This document shows, piece after piece, positions 13,600 through 26,419 of a DNA stretch of 64,000 nt. The position numbers and the translations under genes are program-made. Source of the DNA: Octopus vulgaris (taxonomy: Eukaryota); contig OX597814.1 of the NCBI GenBank assembly GCA_951406725.2, positions 157,170,001-157,234,000 of the forward strand, in the 5' to 3' direction. The notes beneath the pieces are model-generated. The model saw only the letters and a program-made list of their open reading frames with translations, was not told where the DNA came from and ran no database searches. Position 1 is the stretch's first letter; every line of letters starts with the position of its first letter.

Positions 13600-14575
13600 A
13601 TTAGTATGTGGTACTTTGGGCTGCGAATATGTACAAATGAGAAAGTGTCTTGCAAAATGCTTTGCTTATTTAGTTGTAGATGTTTATGTTCTACGTTCAA
13701 TTTTTCTATTCCATTGATAGAATGGGAAGACAAAAAATTTGGGAGTGTTGCCTTTCGTGCATGTGTCCAGATGTTCACTAAGTAGAATAGGCTCGGAAGG
13801 TGGTTGCAGCAAACAGACAAGCAGTCGTCGATGCGGCAAGTTTCTGCATATGAAAGCATCACCGGCAAGCTACGCTTTCATAAAGTCCGTGCGGGATGGG
13901 TGCAAAGTGAGCTTAGCGAAGCGCATAAGCAGAATCATGTAGAAAGCAATCAAAGCTTACTCTACTGCCACAGCAATGAAGGCCGAACGTTTTTGTAGAG
14001 AATAATCAAAGGGAATGATGCTTGTGTTCATCACTTTGAGTCAGACTCTAAAAGACAGAGTATGGATTGGAAACAAGCGAAATTACCCACGAGATATTAA
14101 TTCAAGTCTCAACTTTCGTCAGAACAGAAAAGATGAGATGCTAAGCGATTTTATTTTTGGAACGCAGAAATCCTTATAAGGGAACTGGAACTTTACTTGG
14201 AAATGTTGTGTACAGTCATCAGTGTAGGATAGAGTGAAATGCTGGCCAACAAACTGAAACGAGCAATTCACTCCAAACGACTAGGTCTGCTGCACAATGC
14301 ACTCCAGCTTACAGCCTCCCACACCACTAAGATCAATGAAAAGTTGTGCTTCAAGATGCGGGAAAACCCTCCATACAGTTCAGATTTTACTCCTTCTTAT
14401 CACCTATTTGGACAGCTGAAACATACTTTACTTGGTCATCAATTTGCTCCGAATGAAGTGTAAGAAGTGCTGCATAAATGGCTGTACGACCACCCGACAA
14501 TCTTCATCTCTGAAGCAATAAGCAGGCTTGTGGATTGCTGGAAGAATTACATTGAAAAGCAATGAAATCATTTCG
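13600..14575 (+). mobile_element. Degenerate mariner transposase
   Basis: RIIKGNDACVHHFESDSKRQSMDWK and ENPPYSSDFTPS-YHLFGQLKHTLLGHQF (YSPDL-like motif). Confidence 0.8.
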
Positions 14576-14639
14576 GAAGATGATTTAATTGTCATTTTAA
14601 AGTCGTGTTTTGTGGTATTATGGCCCATTGAAATAAGGA

Positions 14640-14840
14640 GTTGTTGACTGAGATGTATCTAGGTATAGGTGGCTAATCAAGTATTCGTGCTTAGTTTGAA
14701 GATGATGGAAACTTTTTCTTTTCTGATTTGTTTAGGGATAATGTTAAATAGGTCAGGTCCTGTTGAGGAAAAGGAAACGTGTTGCAGAGAATTTATGTAT
14801 TGTGAGCCTGAATTGTGCGGAGGAAGAACTGCTTCAAGAA
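14640..14840 (-). mobile_element. CR1/L2-like LINE 3' remnant
   Basis: LQHVSFSSTGPDLFNIIPKQIRKE matches LQHNFFSSTGPALFNIVPREIKEE of the 56634 ORF. Confidence 0.75.
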
Positions 14841-15729
14841 TGAAAAACACAATACAACTGTTGAGAAATAATATATTGTGTATATTGAAAATTTCAGTGC
14901 GCGCGCAAGCACTCACGCACACGAACACGTACATACCTTGAGGAGTAGTATATATTCTTGAACCGGTGTTCAAGATAATGTACCACAAAAGCTGGTCACA
15001 CCAATTAGTATGACATTTTCTATGACGAATCAACTTGTATCAGGGATTTCTATGAACTCTGGAATATCAACTGGTGAAAGCTAGAACTTTAGATGACATA
15101 AAAAATATATATCAAAGCGCAGGTAATGTATTCTTCGTTTGGTTGAACTTGTATGAATACTGGAGTATACACTGTTATTGAAATATATGTAGCATGCATA
15201 TATGTATGTTTGATTGTATATCTATATATCTATATCTATATATATATAAAAGTGTGTTTGTATGTGTGTATGTGTATGTGCGCGCGTATGTTCTTCGTGT
15301 AATCGAAAACTGAGTTGCCGATGTTGACTTAAAGATTCAGTATTTTTCTGGCTTTCAAATAATCTTTACTTTAGTTTACGTATTCGAATTACAAAAATTT
15401 AAAATTATAATCTTTTTCTAAGTTAAATATCGTAAACGACATTTTATTCCATGACGACGACGACGTCACATTTTCTATATGAGTGTAGGTGTCTGTCAAT
15501 GTGCGCGTGTGTTTGCGCGTTCGTTATCTAGGTTAGACTGACAAGCATGTGCGTGGCGATGTATGCGTCTGTCAGCAGAGGATCTGGCAGATTGTAATTT
15601 TCTACAATGCGCTTTCGATCAAATTCACTCAAATCACAACATTGTGTACTGAAAACTGAGTGCATATCAAAGAAATTGTTATATACATACATACGCAGAT
15701 TCATTCATACATGTATTGGCGACCGCTTA

Positions 15730-18060
15730 ATGGGCTCGAGCGGAAGAGGCACGGCGTGAGAAGAAATCCACGATCCGATCATCGCCAGATCGCGATGGGC
15801 ATTTGATAATTGATGTGAAACAAATGTGTGCGTCTTTTCAGCGGCATTTCACTCAACTGTTTGGAAGTATCGGTGAGCCGGGTCGCAGGATGGATTTTAC
15901 ATCCTACCTCGACGAATTTCTGCGGCTCTCAACAGAGGAGGGGAGAGCAGTGAAAGGCCGATAATAGCCTTTGAAATACGTGAAGCAATGGCTAGCTGCA
16001 AGAGGGGTAAATTGCCTAGTTTTGCCGGTCTGCCCTACAAGCTTTATCCTTACATGTCAGACTTGCTAGGCGACCTCTTGGCAAACGTTTACTGCAGCTG
16101 GCAACAGAATGAGAGCATTCGCAGTTTTGTGAGCCGAGGAGCAATGGAGTTGCTGAGTAAAGACCCGAAAAAGGGGGATTTTAGACCAATTACTCTGCTA
16201 AATACAGAGTTCAAAGTTTTGGCCAAGGTATCACCTACGAGTTTAGCGCTTGTCGTCGGTTATCTGGTTAAAGAGGCGTAGATATACGCCATCCCGAAAA
16301 GATCCAACCGCAAAAACCTACACTTCATGCAATACATCATAGAGAAAGTAGCTAAAGGACCTGATACGGATGAGGCCCTGAGTATTTAGTTCAGTCTAAA
16401 GCTTTCAATAGGGTCAACCATCTATACTTAGCGGCGGTCCTCAAGACAGCCGGGTTCGGACCTGTTTTCAGGGGATGGATCGCTTCAATGAACAACGACA
16501 TCTGTTCAGTGGTAAGATCAAACTGCAACCTCTCTGAACCGTTCAATGTCACTTGCTCATTCGGGCGTGGTTGTCCCTTCTCGTCTCTATTGTACCTACT
16601 ATAGCTCTCGAGCCGCTACTAGACAATCTTAGGTGTTTAGGGACATCCTGCGTGACCGAAGGTGTGGGAGATGCGCTTCGGCATATGCTGACGATGTCAT
16701 CGTAGTAATGTCGGAAAATAAACACATTGAAGTGATCAGCACTGCTCTGAGGGACTACAAGGCGGTATTAAGGCGGCGAGCTGGCAGAAACGTTAGCACG
16801 CCGGGCGAAATGCTTAGCGGTATTTCGTCTGCCGTTACGTTGTGAGTTCAAATTCCGCCGAGGTCGACTTTGCCTTTCATTCTTTCGGGGGTCGATAAAA
16901 CTAAGTACCAGTTACGCACTGGGGTCGATGTAATCGACTTAATACCTATGTATGTCCTTGTTTGTCCCCTCTGTGTTTAGCCCCTTGTGGGTAATAAAGA
17001 AATAGGTATCATGGCACCTGGAAAATCAAGCTTACACCGCTTAACTGTGTCGTTGGGCGCTGGACAGACGGACCGGTTAAATTGCTCGGAATCTGATTTG
17101 GTTTGGACCTCCGGATAGACAAAAACTGGGACGAGGTAACGATCATGGTGACTCTGGACCGAGAGGAAGCTATCCCTGATAGGTCGGACAGAGGTGGTTA
17201 ACGCGTACATCGTGTCCATCAGACGCTTTCTTTAACGGAATCGCAACCCTGAGTCAAACAGAGACCCAGACAAGACATTTGGAAAGTGGAATGTCAACAA
17301 GCGCTCATGGCCCTCTGCCAGTTGGATATTGCGATACGTGTAACATCCACTTCAGCTTTCTACAGAGAATTAGTGGAGGGAAAGTGCGAGGGCGTTCTTG
17401 GGGAGACCTTTGATGTTGAAGGATATCAACTAGCCGCTCTTTTCTGGAGTACTTTCGGACCGGGACCAATGGATAACCTCCAAAGATTTCTGGCCTAGTG
17501 GTGCTACTGAGGAGCTTTGTTCGATCGAGGTAAACTATATGGGCACAGATGTGCAGCGAGACGAACATGCCCGAGATGCGTGCAGGAGGACGAGACGGTT
17601 TGGTGGAGGTACTATCAGAAGTGGACATCTCTTTGTTGATTACAGCTGCATTGTACAGCATAGATGACAAAGTAAAAATTCTTCAAGCTTACAAAACCGG
17701 AAAAGGGATTTGGTCTGGTTCAGGTGTGGAACTGATTTTGTACGCTGATTAGGGAACTGTCGCAGAAATTACAAACCTGGTAAAATTACTCGGTGGAATG
17801 CAACTCTTTGTAGCAGTAGAGGGCAGGAAGCTGCGATACCATATCTATGGTGAACAAAAAAACAAAAACGTTTCAAGGCTTTCTGCTCCGCGCAAATAAA
17901 AGTGATAATGAAACCCCTGCTGCAGACACCTCTACCATAACAACGACGACAGCAACAAAAACAACAGGAGTAGCACCACCAACAATAACGCCTACATCAC
18001 CAGTACCAAAAGATGAGTGTCGTACGTCAAAGCAACAACACCATCAACAGAAAGAGTAAC
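15730..18060 (+). mobile_element. Tx1/L1-like LINE, decayed RT (ORF2) followed by an ORF1-like fragment
   Basis: GDFRPITLLNTEFKVLAKV, QSKAFNRVNH, RGCPFSSLLY and SAYADDVIV RT motifs, interrupted by a SINE. From ~17600, an ORF1-like piece ending FVAVEGRK. Confidence 0.85.
16772..17004 (+). mobile_element. Octopus-type SINE inserted in the Tx1-like LINE
   Basis: ggcggcgagctggcagaaacgttagcacgccgggcgaaatgc..gagttcaaattccgccgaggtcgac (B-box-like GTTCAAATTC), ending aataaagaaata. A second copy is at 20116-20326 (-). Confidence 0.85.
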
Positions 18061-18799
18061 AGGAGAATTCTATTCACCAACATAAGCAGCAAGCACGTGC
18101 ACCATACCCGAGAAGAAACAAAACAACACTTGCACATCGTAATACTGAGAAATTTCACCCACTCCATCTGACCAGATCATTGGCCTAGAAATGCGCGACT
18201 GTGCAGACGTACCACTGCTCACTACCACAGATGTAGCCAATGCTGAAACAAGACATTGCTATAGCATTTTCGATGAGCCCTTGAAAGCCCTTTCATGGCT
18301 GAGGAGTCATTTAAGATCTTATGCTGGGAAAGACGTATTGCAAGTGCAGGAGGAATGCAAGCTCTGCAAGAAACAGACAGCCACTATATGTATATCAGAG
18401 ATGTCATGTGGGTAATTTGGTTGAAACTTGGAGAATGATATAAAATTTCAAAAGTAATTGTTCAGTAGAAAGCTGTAATTTTAGTGTTTATGTATACTAT
18501 AAGGATAGTTTGTTGTGATGGGTTAGAAGTAGATGAAATATTGTCATTTTGAACATTAGAAAAATATTTTGCCTTGAAGTCGTAAATCTTCTAAGAAGCG
18601 AATATATTTCTCTATATATTTGTAGTTTTAGTACCCACCATAAAATTTAATACATGGTGTAAAATATTGATATTAAAAGAATATCTCGTAACATCTATTA
18701 CAGAGAAATCTTTGGACAAGGAGAAAAACTATGTGTAATAAAATGCTGGATTAATGTTGTCGTAGAGTGTCACATTGTTAACGGTTTATATGCAAAAGA

Positions 18800-19720
18800 T
18801 TTTTCAGTTGCCAAAATATTTGAAGGAATTCGGAATATTTTATGGATGCTGAGTCTAAATATAACTGCATTTTCGTAACATTGACTCTTGCTTTTGAATT
18901 ATTGGATACACTCAAAATGATTTTAATCCCATTTAACGATCAGTTGCTTAGAAGTATTGAAGGAATAATTTTATCTTAGCATCCAGACTAGTTGACTTAT
19001 GCATGAAGTTAAAATAATAACTTATTGATCAAGAGTGGAGGAACTTCTTCCTTACTTCCGCCAAGATACAGAACTTAAACTTGAAAAATTCTTTGCAGCA
19101 GAATCGTAAATGTTATTCATCAACTTTACTTACTCGTCCAGTAACACTCAAAGAAGAATATAAAAAAATGTCAAAATAGTCTTATATGAGGTCTCTTATC
19201 ATGATCAGAAATATTTTACGTGTCGACCAGTAGATATTGAACTATTGCACTGAAAAATATTAAAGTGTATATTTCATCTACTTATAGAATAATAGAACAA
19301 AGTAAGATCATTAGGAAATAGTGAAATAGACTTTAAGGGAAAACACAACTGTAGGTGCTGTACACATAATACAAGAGACGTTGGCTGGCAAATATAAAAT
19401 ATGTCTATCACCACTCCTTATGAAGATGAAACTTATGAAGGCTTTGGAAGAGAACGGTGATTGCTCCAAATATATTGATTGACAATTACTTGCACTTTGT
19501 ACTGACAAACTGAAAAAGAAATCTTTGATATTTGATGGTCTTGAGATTTGTAAACTGATCAAAGATTTGAATTTTATGAAATTTATGAATCATGCTGCAG
19601 ATGTGGTTAGGTTCACTTTTATTCTTAGCAATCAAGAAGTGTTTGAGTAACCATAAAGTAACGTTTTAGTGTTTTATCATGTAATAATGATTACATCAAT
19701 ATACCAACTTTATTTTTTCA
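18800..19720 (+). mobile_element. Highly decayed DNA transposase, Chapaev3/CMC-like
   Basis: Blocks resembling LPPLHIKLGLMK..KAL (LSPLLMKMKLMKALEENGDCSKYI) and KLK.GIFDGPQI.KL (KLKKKSLIFDGLEICKLIKD). Family assignment is from recall. Confidence 0.45.
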
Positions 19721-20115
19721 TGCTGTTCTGTAGGATTTTGTATTTCAGGAATTTCTTTGAAAAGCGATTTGAAAACTTTGTAGTTTTTATTCAATAAGGA
19801 ACAAACATCTGTTACGTCTTTGAGCCAAGTACAATCTCAGTAGTTCACATGTATTCTTTAAGCAAAGTTGCCATCAGTTAACATCTTCAAGTTTGTAGGT
19901 GCTGTTCTTCAACCAGTCTGTAATGGATAGCCACCGGTTTTATTTCTTCAAATCTTTCTACATCTCTTATCGTCATTACCATTCTCCTTGTCGTTATCCC
20001 TATTACCATCACTTTATTTAGGGGAGAGAAACTATTATAATGTATTTTACAAAAGTAACATCTTTAAACTGCACCTGTTCTACCGTATGTGCGTGAGATA
20101 ATGTTTTGCGGTAAT

Positions 20116-20326
20116 TCTTTTCTACTCTAAGCACAAGGCCCAGAATTTTTGGGAGGGAGCCAGTCGATTATTTCGATACCATTGCGTAACTGGCACTTAA
20201 TTTATCGACCCCGAAGGATGAAAGGCAAAGTCGACGTCGGCACAATTTGAACTCAGAACGTAGACAGACGAAATACCGCAAAGCATTTCGCCCGGCGTGA
20301 CAACGTTTCTGCCAGCTCGCTGCCTT
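20116..20326 (-). mobile_element. Octopus-type SINE (same family as 16772-17004)
   Basis: Reverse complement of the 16772 head: ..aagcatttcgcccggcgtgacaacgtttctgccagctcgctgcctt. Confidence 0.85.
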
Positions 20327-20699
20327 AAAGTTTTGTAGAAATTGTGTAATTGTTAGTTTGAAGTTGTCCTATCGTCTGGGCTTTTGTTGGTCAAACTATA
20401 GGTTATTTACAAAAATGTGTTGGGGAATATTCCGATAATAGATGTGTGCCCCTCTTCTTTGACTCAATAAGAAGAAACTATATATTCACCAAAATCTGCA
20501 CATACGTGTATCAATAATTTCAAATTCTTGAAATCTAGAACCTAAGGAATATAATATAAATATAATAATCCTAAAGCCCAGAAATTTTGGGGTGTCTCCT
20601 TTCTGGTTGCTGCAAAAGTTGGAAAGCTTAATTGAGCAAATTTCAACTGTCAAAATGCTCGTCGGTAGATATTAACGAGTGCATCCAATAATTTCCAGT

Positions 20700-22900
20700 T
20701 TGCTTTTTTTTTATTGTTCTAATTTTTGTTGTTGTTTTTCCTCAGGTCTCCCTGTTCGTGCAGTCTTATTGCATAAATATTCTCGAACACCGAAGCATAG
20801 GTCACAGAGCAATATTTTCAGTACTTCATCTCCATCCAGCTGAGATCTATACTGCTCATCCCGACATGTGGTGCTGAATCGCATGGATTGTAAGGTGACA
20901 CTCACGCTATGTTGCAATGTCTCTATTGCCCGGTCTATTTCTGTAAGCCTATATATTTTAGTAGTTGTTACAGCGTGGGCAAGCTAAGAAGACTCCGTTA
21001 TAGCATTTTACTTGTTATGCATCTGCGGTTAATGTTGTCGGCTGCATTTCAGCGCATTGTCGAGAATTAACAAGGCTATTAAAGTTATGAATATTTTCTG
21101 AGGGTATATGTCTTTATGTTTAGCACGACTGATTGTGAGAGACAGTGTTTTAAAACGTTGTCGCGCTACGTTCTCTGAGGTGTTGGATATATTGTTGTTT
21201 GTAAGTTATTTGTCGTGCATTAAAAGGATCACGGACAGCTGAAGTTTTCTACGGCAACAAAGTATGTCTCACACACGTCCAAATAATGTTTCATTTTTAA
21301 TGTTTTATTTCCTTGTGTATTGAATCTCGGAATACAGTCTGTGTACAGCTTGTTATAGTGCAGGTAGCGCTGTTCTGTATCTTTGCAAAATACGTGAGTT
21401 TTTGTGGAAGTGTTGGAGCTCAGAGAGGACTACCGTAATCCATGACGGATCAAATGAAATATTTTTACATAGTTGCTGTTGTTTCTTCTGTTATCCAACC
21501 GTATTAATTGGTAAATATATTTCTAATCCATTTTGTCTTTTTACTATGTATCCTGGGTATGTTATGAATGTTCTAAAGAAGTTGAATGTAATCCGTAATA
21601 GTACCTTCCCTGATTCTATGTAATGTTTAGATTTCTAAGTGCAATTGCTGACCGTAGGTGATGATGACTTTTAGTATTGCTGGTAAAAATTAATTAGTGC
21701 ATTTGGTAGGTGCTACTTTATATTTTATTTTATGAATATATTTTTCTAAGTAATTTAAGCAAGGTTAGAACAGTTGTGCAGCATTTTCTGAAAAATGATG
21801 AATGGTATTAATGTAAATCAATCTGCATATGAAGTTTCATCTGTAAATCTTTGTGAAATATCCCTGAATTGTGCATGTATAAGTTTAAAAGATTGCGTGA
21901 GAAAACGGACCCCTGTAATAATGCATCTGAAAAATGTCAAGACCTGGAAATGTGATGTTTGCGAATTTAGCCTGATAGTTAACTAGGCAGCATTTTATCT
22001 TTGTACAGATTATCTAAAATTTTAGTAGAGAAGTTGGAAGGACATAAAATAGAAAACATTGGTTAGGTCGATGGCAGATAGATTCATTTGTGTGAAAAGA
22101 ATTTAATTGGTGGGATGGTGGGGATCAGTAAACGTGAACATTAATTTTTTTGTTTAGTGTGATTGGCTAAGTGTTGAGGTTTGAATTTAGATGTGATTTT
22201 GAGAGGAGTGAGGCCTAGGTGAGTAAAGTTCAAGATTCTCAGATTTAGAGTCTTGGAGAGTGTGAATAGAAAAGTGATAGATAATTCTGATTCCAGGATT
22301 TTCTGCGCTTTACTAGTATTATAACTTTATCCAGTTTCGAGAATCCAGAAATTGGATACCGTTAGAAATTGTGGTTGCAGTTGTTGGTGAGTGCAATGAT
22401 TTCTTCAGACTTTAAATGATTTACGTTTATCATTGTAATATAGTCTAACCCTATAGGATTGTTTGTAAATTCTGTTGTTTATTAGATTTTGGGTAAATAA
22501 TCTGTAGACTGTAATACACACTTATGGGGATTTTAGAAGCTGGTTCGTGCAAAGTCATAAATTGTGACGTATTGTTTAGTTATACCGGAAGGAGTCTTTA
22601 GGACAAATTTATTTCTCTTAAAATATCGAAGCTTTCTGCTCTCCAAAATTAAGATGAAATTAATTAATCGTGAACTATTTACGGAGGCTGTTCGGTATTC
22701 TTCCGGCGTCACCATTATTTCGAAATAAAGGTTTACACCAAGAACTTTGTAAACTTTCTCTACACTTTCATTCAAAATTCATCCAGAGTTATTCTGGAAG
22801 GTAAAGGCGAACTATGAGTTGGGTTTTATAAATACCTCCGTTGATCTCAAATAAGAAATCATTTAATTTTATATAGAGGCACAAGTATGTATGTATTCTG
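20700..22900 (-). mobile_element. Degenerate LINE (I/Jockey-group-like RT)
   Basis: Minus translation LLQGSVFS.., TSYAD*, RSVMDYGSPL*AP..KIQNSA..TITSC. Confidence 0.6.
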
Positions 22901-23010
22901 GCAGTTTTACTACCACGGTTTTTGTCTTCTTCCTCGTAGTTAAATAGTATAACATCTAGTCTGTAGGAGAGACATTCTTCACATGACTGATGTATGGCTT
23001 TATTTCATTA

Positions 23011-23382
23011 TCTCTCTCTATTTAAACGGCAGTTTGTCTGTGTGTGTGTCTGTGTGTCTGTTAGGTTGTACCCTCACCCTGACCACGGCTTTCAACCGAT
23101 TCTGATGAAACTTTATACACACATAGCCCAATGTCATAATTCAAAACTAACGCAGCGAAAATTTTGAAAAGTTCCCCCAATTCTGAAAAGAATCGATAAA
23201 TTCGACATGGGGTCGAGAATCAGAAACACAAACCACAGACTGTCTAGGGGACGCAACTCGACCTTTTAACTCTCAAAAAAAAATTTACCTAATTTTTTTT
23301 CCATTTTTTGGCTATAACTCTCTAAAAATGCTTTATAGTTATTTCCCTTACAAACCCGAGCAACGCCTGGTGATACTGCTAG
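23011..23382 (+). mobile_element. Non-autonomous Helitron-like element (372 bp)
   Basis: Starts A|TC, has an internal (gtct/gt)n tract and subterminal hairpin cccgagcaacgcctgg, ends CTAG|T; no TSD. Confidence 0.75.
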
Positions 23383-24753
23383 TTATCTATATAAAACATT
23401 TCCGAAGCAGGTTTGCAAACCTGGAGATGTTCTTTCCATTTCATTATTCTACGTCTGGTTTTGTTATGTGAATTTTAGGAAGTGGGTTGCAGGAATAATA
23501 TGTGCACTCAAGAAACTAATCTATGGTACATTCAGCAGAAAAAAGCAACAGACAGTGAAGAGAAAACTGTTCTATGGTTATTGGTTAAAAGTAGCAGGGA
23601 AAACCCCGAATATTGGCAGAGAGACTAGGAACATGTAGGAACATGTGTGTAAGTAAAAGCATCCCTTGCATGCATCATTGTGACCAAAGACACATAATCC
23701 ACAGACTACATATTCCTGTCCTGTACCTAACCAACATCTCTGCGTCATATTGCTTCTAATCAAACATGTATCAACATGTAAAACCTCACTTGACCTTGTA
23801 GCTGTTGTTATGGCATTCATCAATAACTGATGGCTGATCAGATGAGAACACATGTGTTTAAAGAGTGATATTTTTTTACTGTTTTTTCCGAGCATTTCTC
23901 GCTTATACATTAAAGGTTCTAGTTGACATATTGACAGCCAATGGATCTATCTATCTACCTATCTGAGCATAATTAACACATGCACTATACATGTAAAATA
24001 AAATTCATTTTGAAGTGAACGGTGAATAAAATTTTTTCGTGACTAATATAATATATATAATGATTTCCAATTTAAGGAAATCTAGAATGCGTTTCATTTT
24101 CATTGAGCGGAGAGTCACTGACAGAAGTGTTAAACTTGCCGTAACATGCCGCAGAATAAGCGATCGAAGTGCTCATTGAAGTTCATTTCATGATCTATAG
24201 AAATGACGTTTGTGTGTTATTTACGTGTTCACCATCTTTGTGTGATTTAGGACGACTGTCACTTTACAACTACGTGGTTACTCGTTCGATCTTCCTACGC
24301 AGCATTTTAGAATAATATCTTCTATCAAATCCTCTGACCCATAGTGTGGAAATTCTAATTTTGGGGCATGTTAGACTTACCGACCTCACTTAACTTTTGA
24401 AGGTTTTTAACATACTACACTCAATTACAAAGAGCGTTGTCCCTTTCTTAGTATTATCTTTTCCTATCTGCTTCCATATATCTACTTAGTTGAGGAGGCT
24501 GAACAATTCAATATCAATCTCTCTGAAGTTATTTATTATGGTTTTATCTTTTCCTGTATTTAATAATAAGATACGATGGAAATATTTTAAAGACGGCTTC
24601 ATACTTAGGGAAAATTAAAAAAATAATGCTGCAATCACAATATTATGATATTAATAGAAAAATGCTAAAAATTGACGTAAATGTAAATAGAAATAATCTG
24701 CTCTGGATCATATCAATTATTCACACACACGCACGCACACGCACACACACAAC

Positions 24754-24794
<41 letters not shown>

Positions 24795-25275
24795 ACACAC
24801 ATACAGATACACACACAAATATATATTGAAAACAAACAAAGAAAATTGACATAAATATGCAGATAGAAATAATCTGCCCCTGATCATATCAGTTATCCAC
24901 ACACACACACACATTCACACATCCACACACCCACACATACACGAGAACATACTCACACACACATATATGCTGAAAACATCAAAAAAGTGAATGCTTTGAG
25001 AACTTTATCGTGGAGAAAGTAAGACAATATTTACGATATTAACTAAGCAACTACCGGTTTCGTTATATAAAAGGAAAAATAATTCAAATACATTCAGTTG
25101 AAGTTTTCATAATATCAGTTCTGGAAGTTTACGGGATTTTGTTATAAAAATCACATAGTGCTCTATTTCCTGTCCTTTCTGTTGTTGAGTAGCAGCTGAC
25201 AGCACTAGCAGCCAGCAGTGAGTTAACATGAAGCAGTAGAAAAAACACCGACCAATAATAATAATAATAATAATG

Positions 25276-25325
<50 letters not shown>

Positions 25326-25326
<1 letters not shown>

Positions 25327-26312
25327 TGATGAAGAAACAATACCACCTAATAAACACAAAGAAGAAGAAGAAGATGATGAAGAAACAACAAAAGCTATAA
25401 AACAAATGAAATCCAAACTAAAAATAGAACAGCAACGAGCCATGATAAAACGATGGCAAGAAAAGCCCCTTCATGGTAAATACTGCACTAAACTAAACGC
25501 AAAAGAAATAGACAAAGAAAATCCCAGCAATGGTTGAGAAGCTCAGGACTCAAAGCAGAAACAGAGGGATTTTTAATTGCAGCACAAGACCAAAGCCTCC
25601 CCACCAGAAATTACCAAAAACATGTAATGAAAAGAAATATTACAAGTAACTGCAGAATATGTGGAGATGGACAAGAAACAATAAATCATATTATCTCTAG
25701 CTGCCCAGTCCTGGCTAAGAAGGAATATATTCACAGACATGACAGAGTTGGAACCTACATACATTGGAAGCTATGCCAACATTCTGGAATAACAACAGAA
25801 AAAAGATGGTATAGGCACACACCAGAAAAGGTCACAGAAAACGAGAAAGCAACCACACTCTGGGATATGCCGATACACACAGATAGAGAAATTAAGGCCA
25901 ACAGACCAGATATAGTTGTCAGAGATCATGAAGAAAAAAATGCTTTCTAATTGATGTATCAATACCGGCAGATGACAACGTGTCTCTAAAAGAAATGGAG
26001 AAACTCTCAAAATACAAAGACCTGGAAATAGAGATAACTAGAATGTGGAACCTGAAAACAGAAACAATTCCTATCATAGTAGGTGCATTAGGCATGATAA
26101 AAAATATTCAGACAAATACATAACAAAAACACCAGGACTTACAAACACATATAACGTACAGAAAATTGCACTACTAGGCACTGCACACATCCTACGCAGA
26201 ACACTTTCTATACAATAACCATCAGAGCATCACAACAAATCACAGCACATACCCAAGGCACACAGAGCTGCGCTCGGTAGTGAAGTGAAAGCACGCTATA
26301 AAAATAGTAATA

Positions 26313-26315
<3 letters not shown>
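25326..26315 (+). mobile_element. R4/Dong-like RLE LINE, 5'-truncated, in a (TAA)n array
   Basis: KPLHG, AAQDQ, CRICGDGQETINHIISSC (CCHC), RHD, RPDIVV..LIDVSIP..EKLSKY (PD..D restriction-like endonuclease). Flanked by (TAA)n at ~25255-25325 and ~26318-26344. Confidence 0.92.
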
Positions 26316-26345
<30 letters not shown>

Positions 26346-26419
26346 CCTTAGTGGCAAAAAAAACATTTAGAGAAAAAAATTTAAATATTATTAAATTTTA
26401 GAAAGTAAACGGCTATATA

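Noticed and set aside
24660-24910. Short direct repeats separated by (CA)n, resembling a repeat-spacer array
   Set aside because: Only two diverged copies, no cas genes, eukaryotic context. It is a local duplication, not CRISPR.
25326-26345. R4/Dong LINE as the vehicle that integrated the adjacent virus-like sequence
   Set aside because: The LINE copy is nearly intact while the virus-like frame is heavily decayed, and the LINE has (TAA)n on both sides. It is more likely a later insertion.
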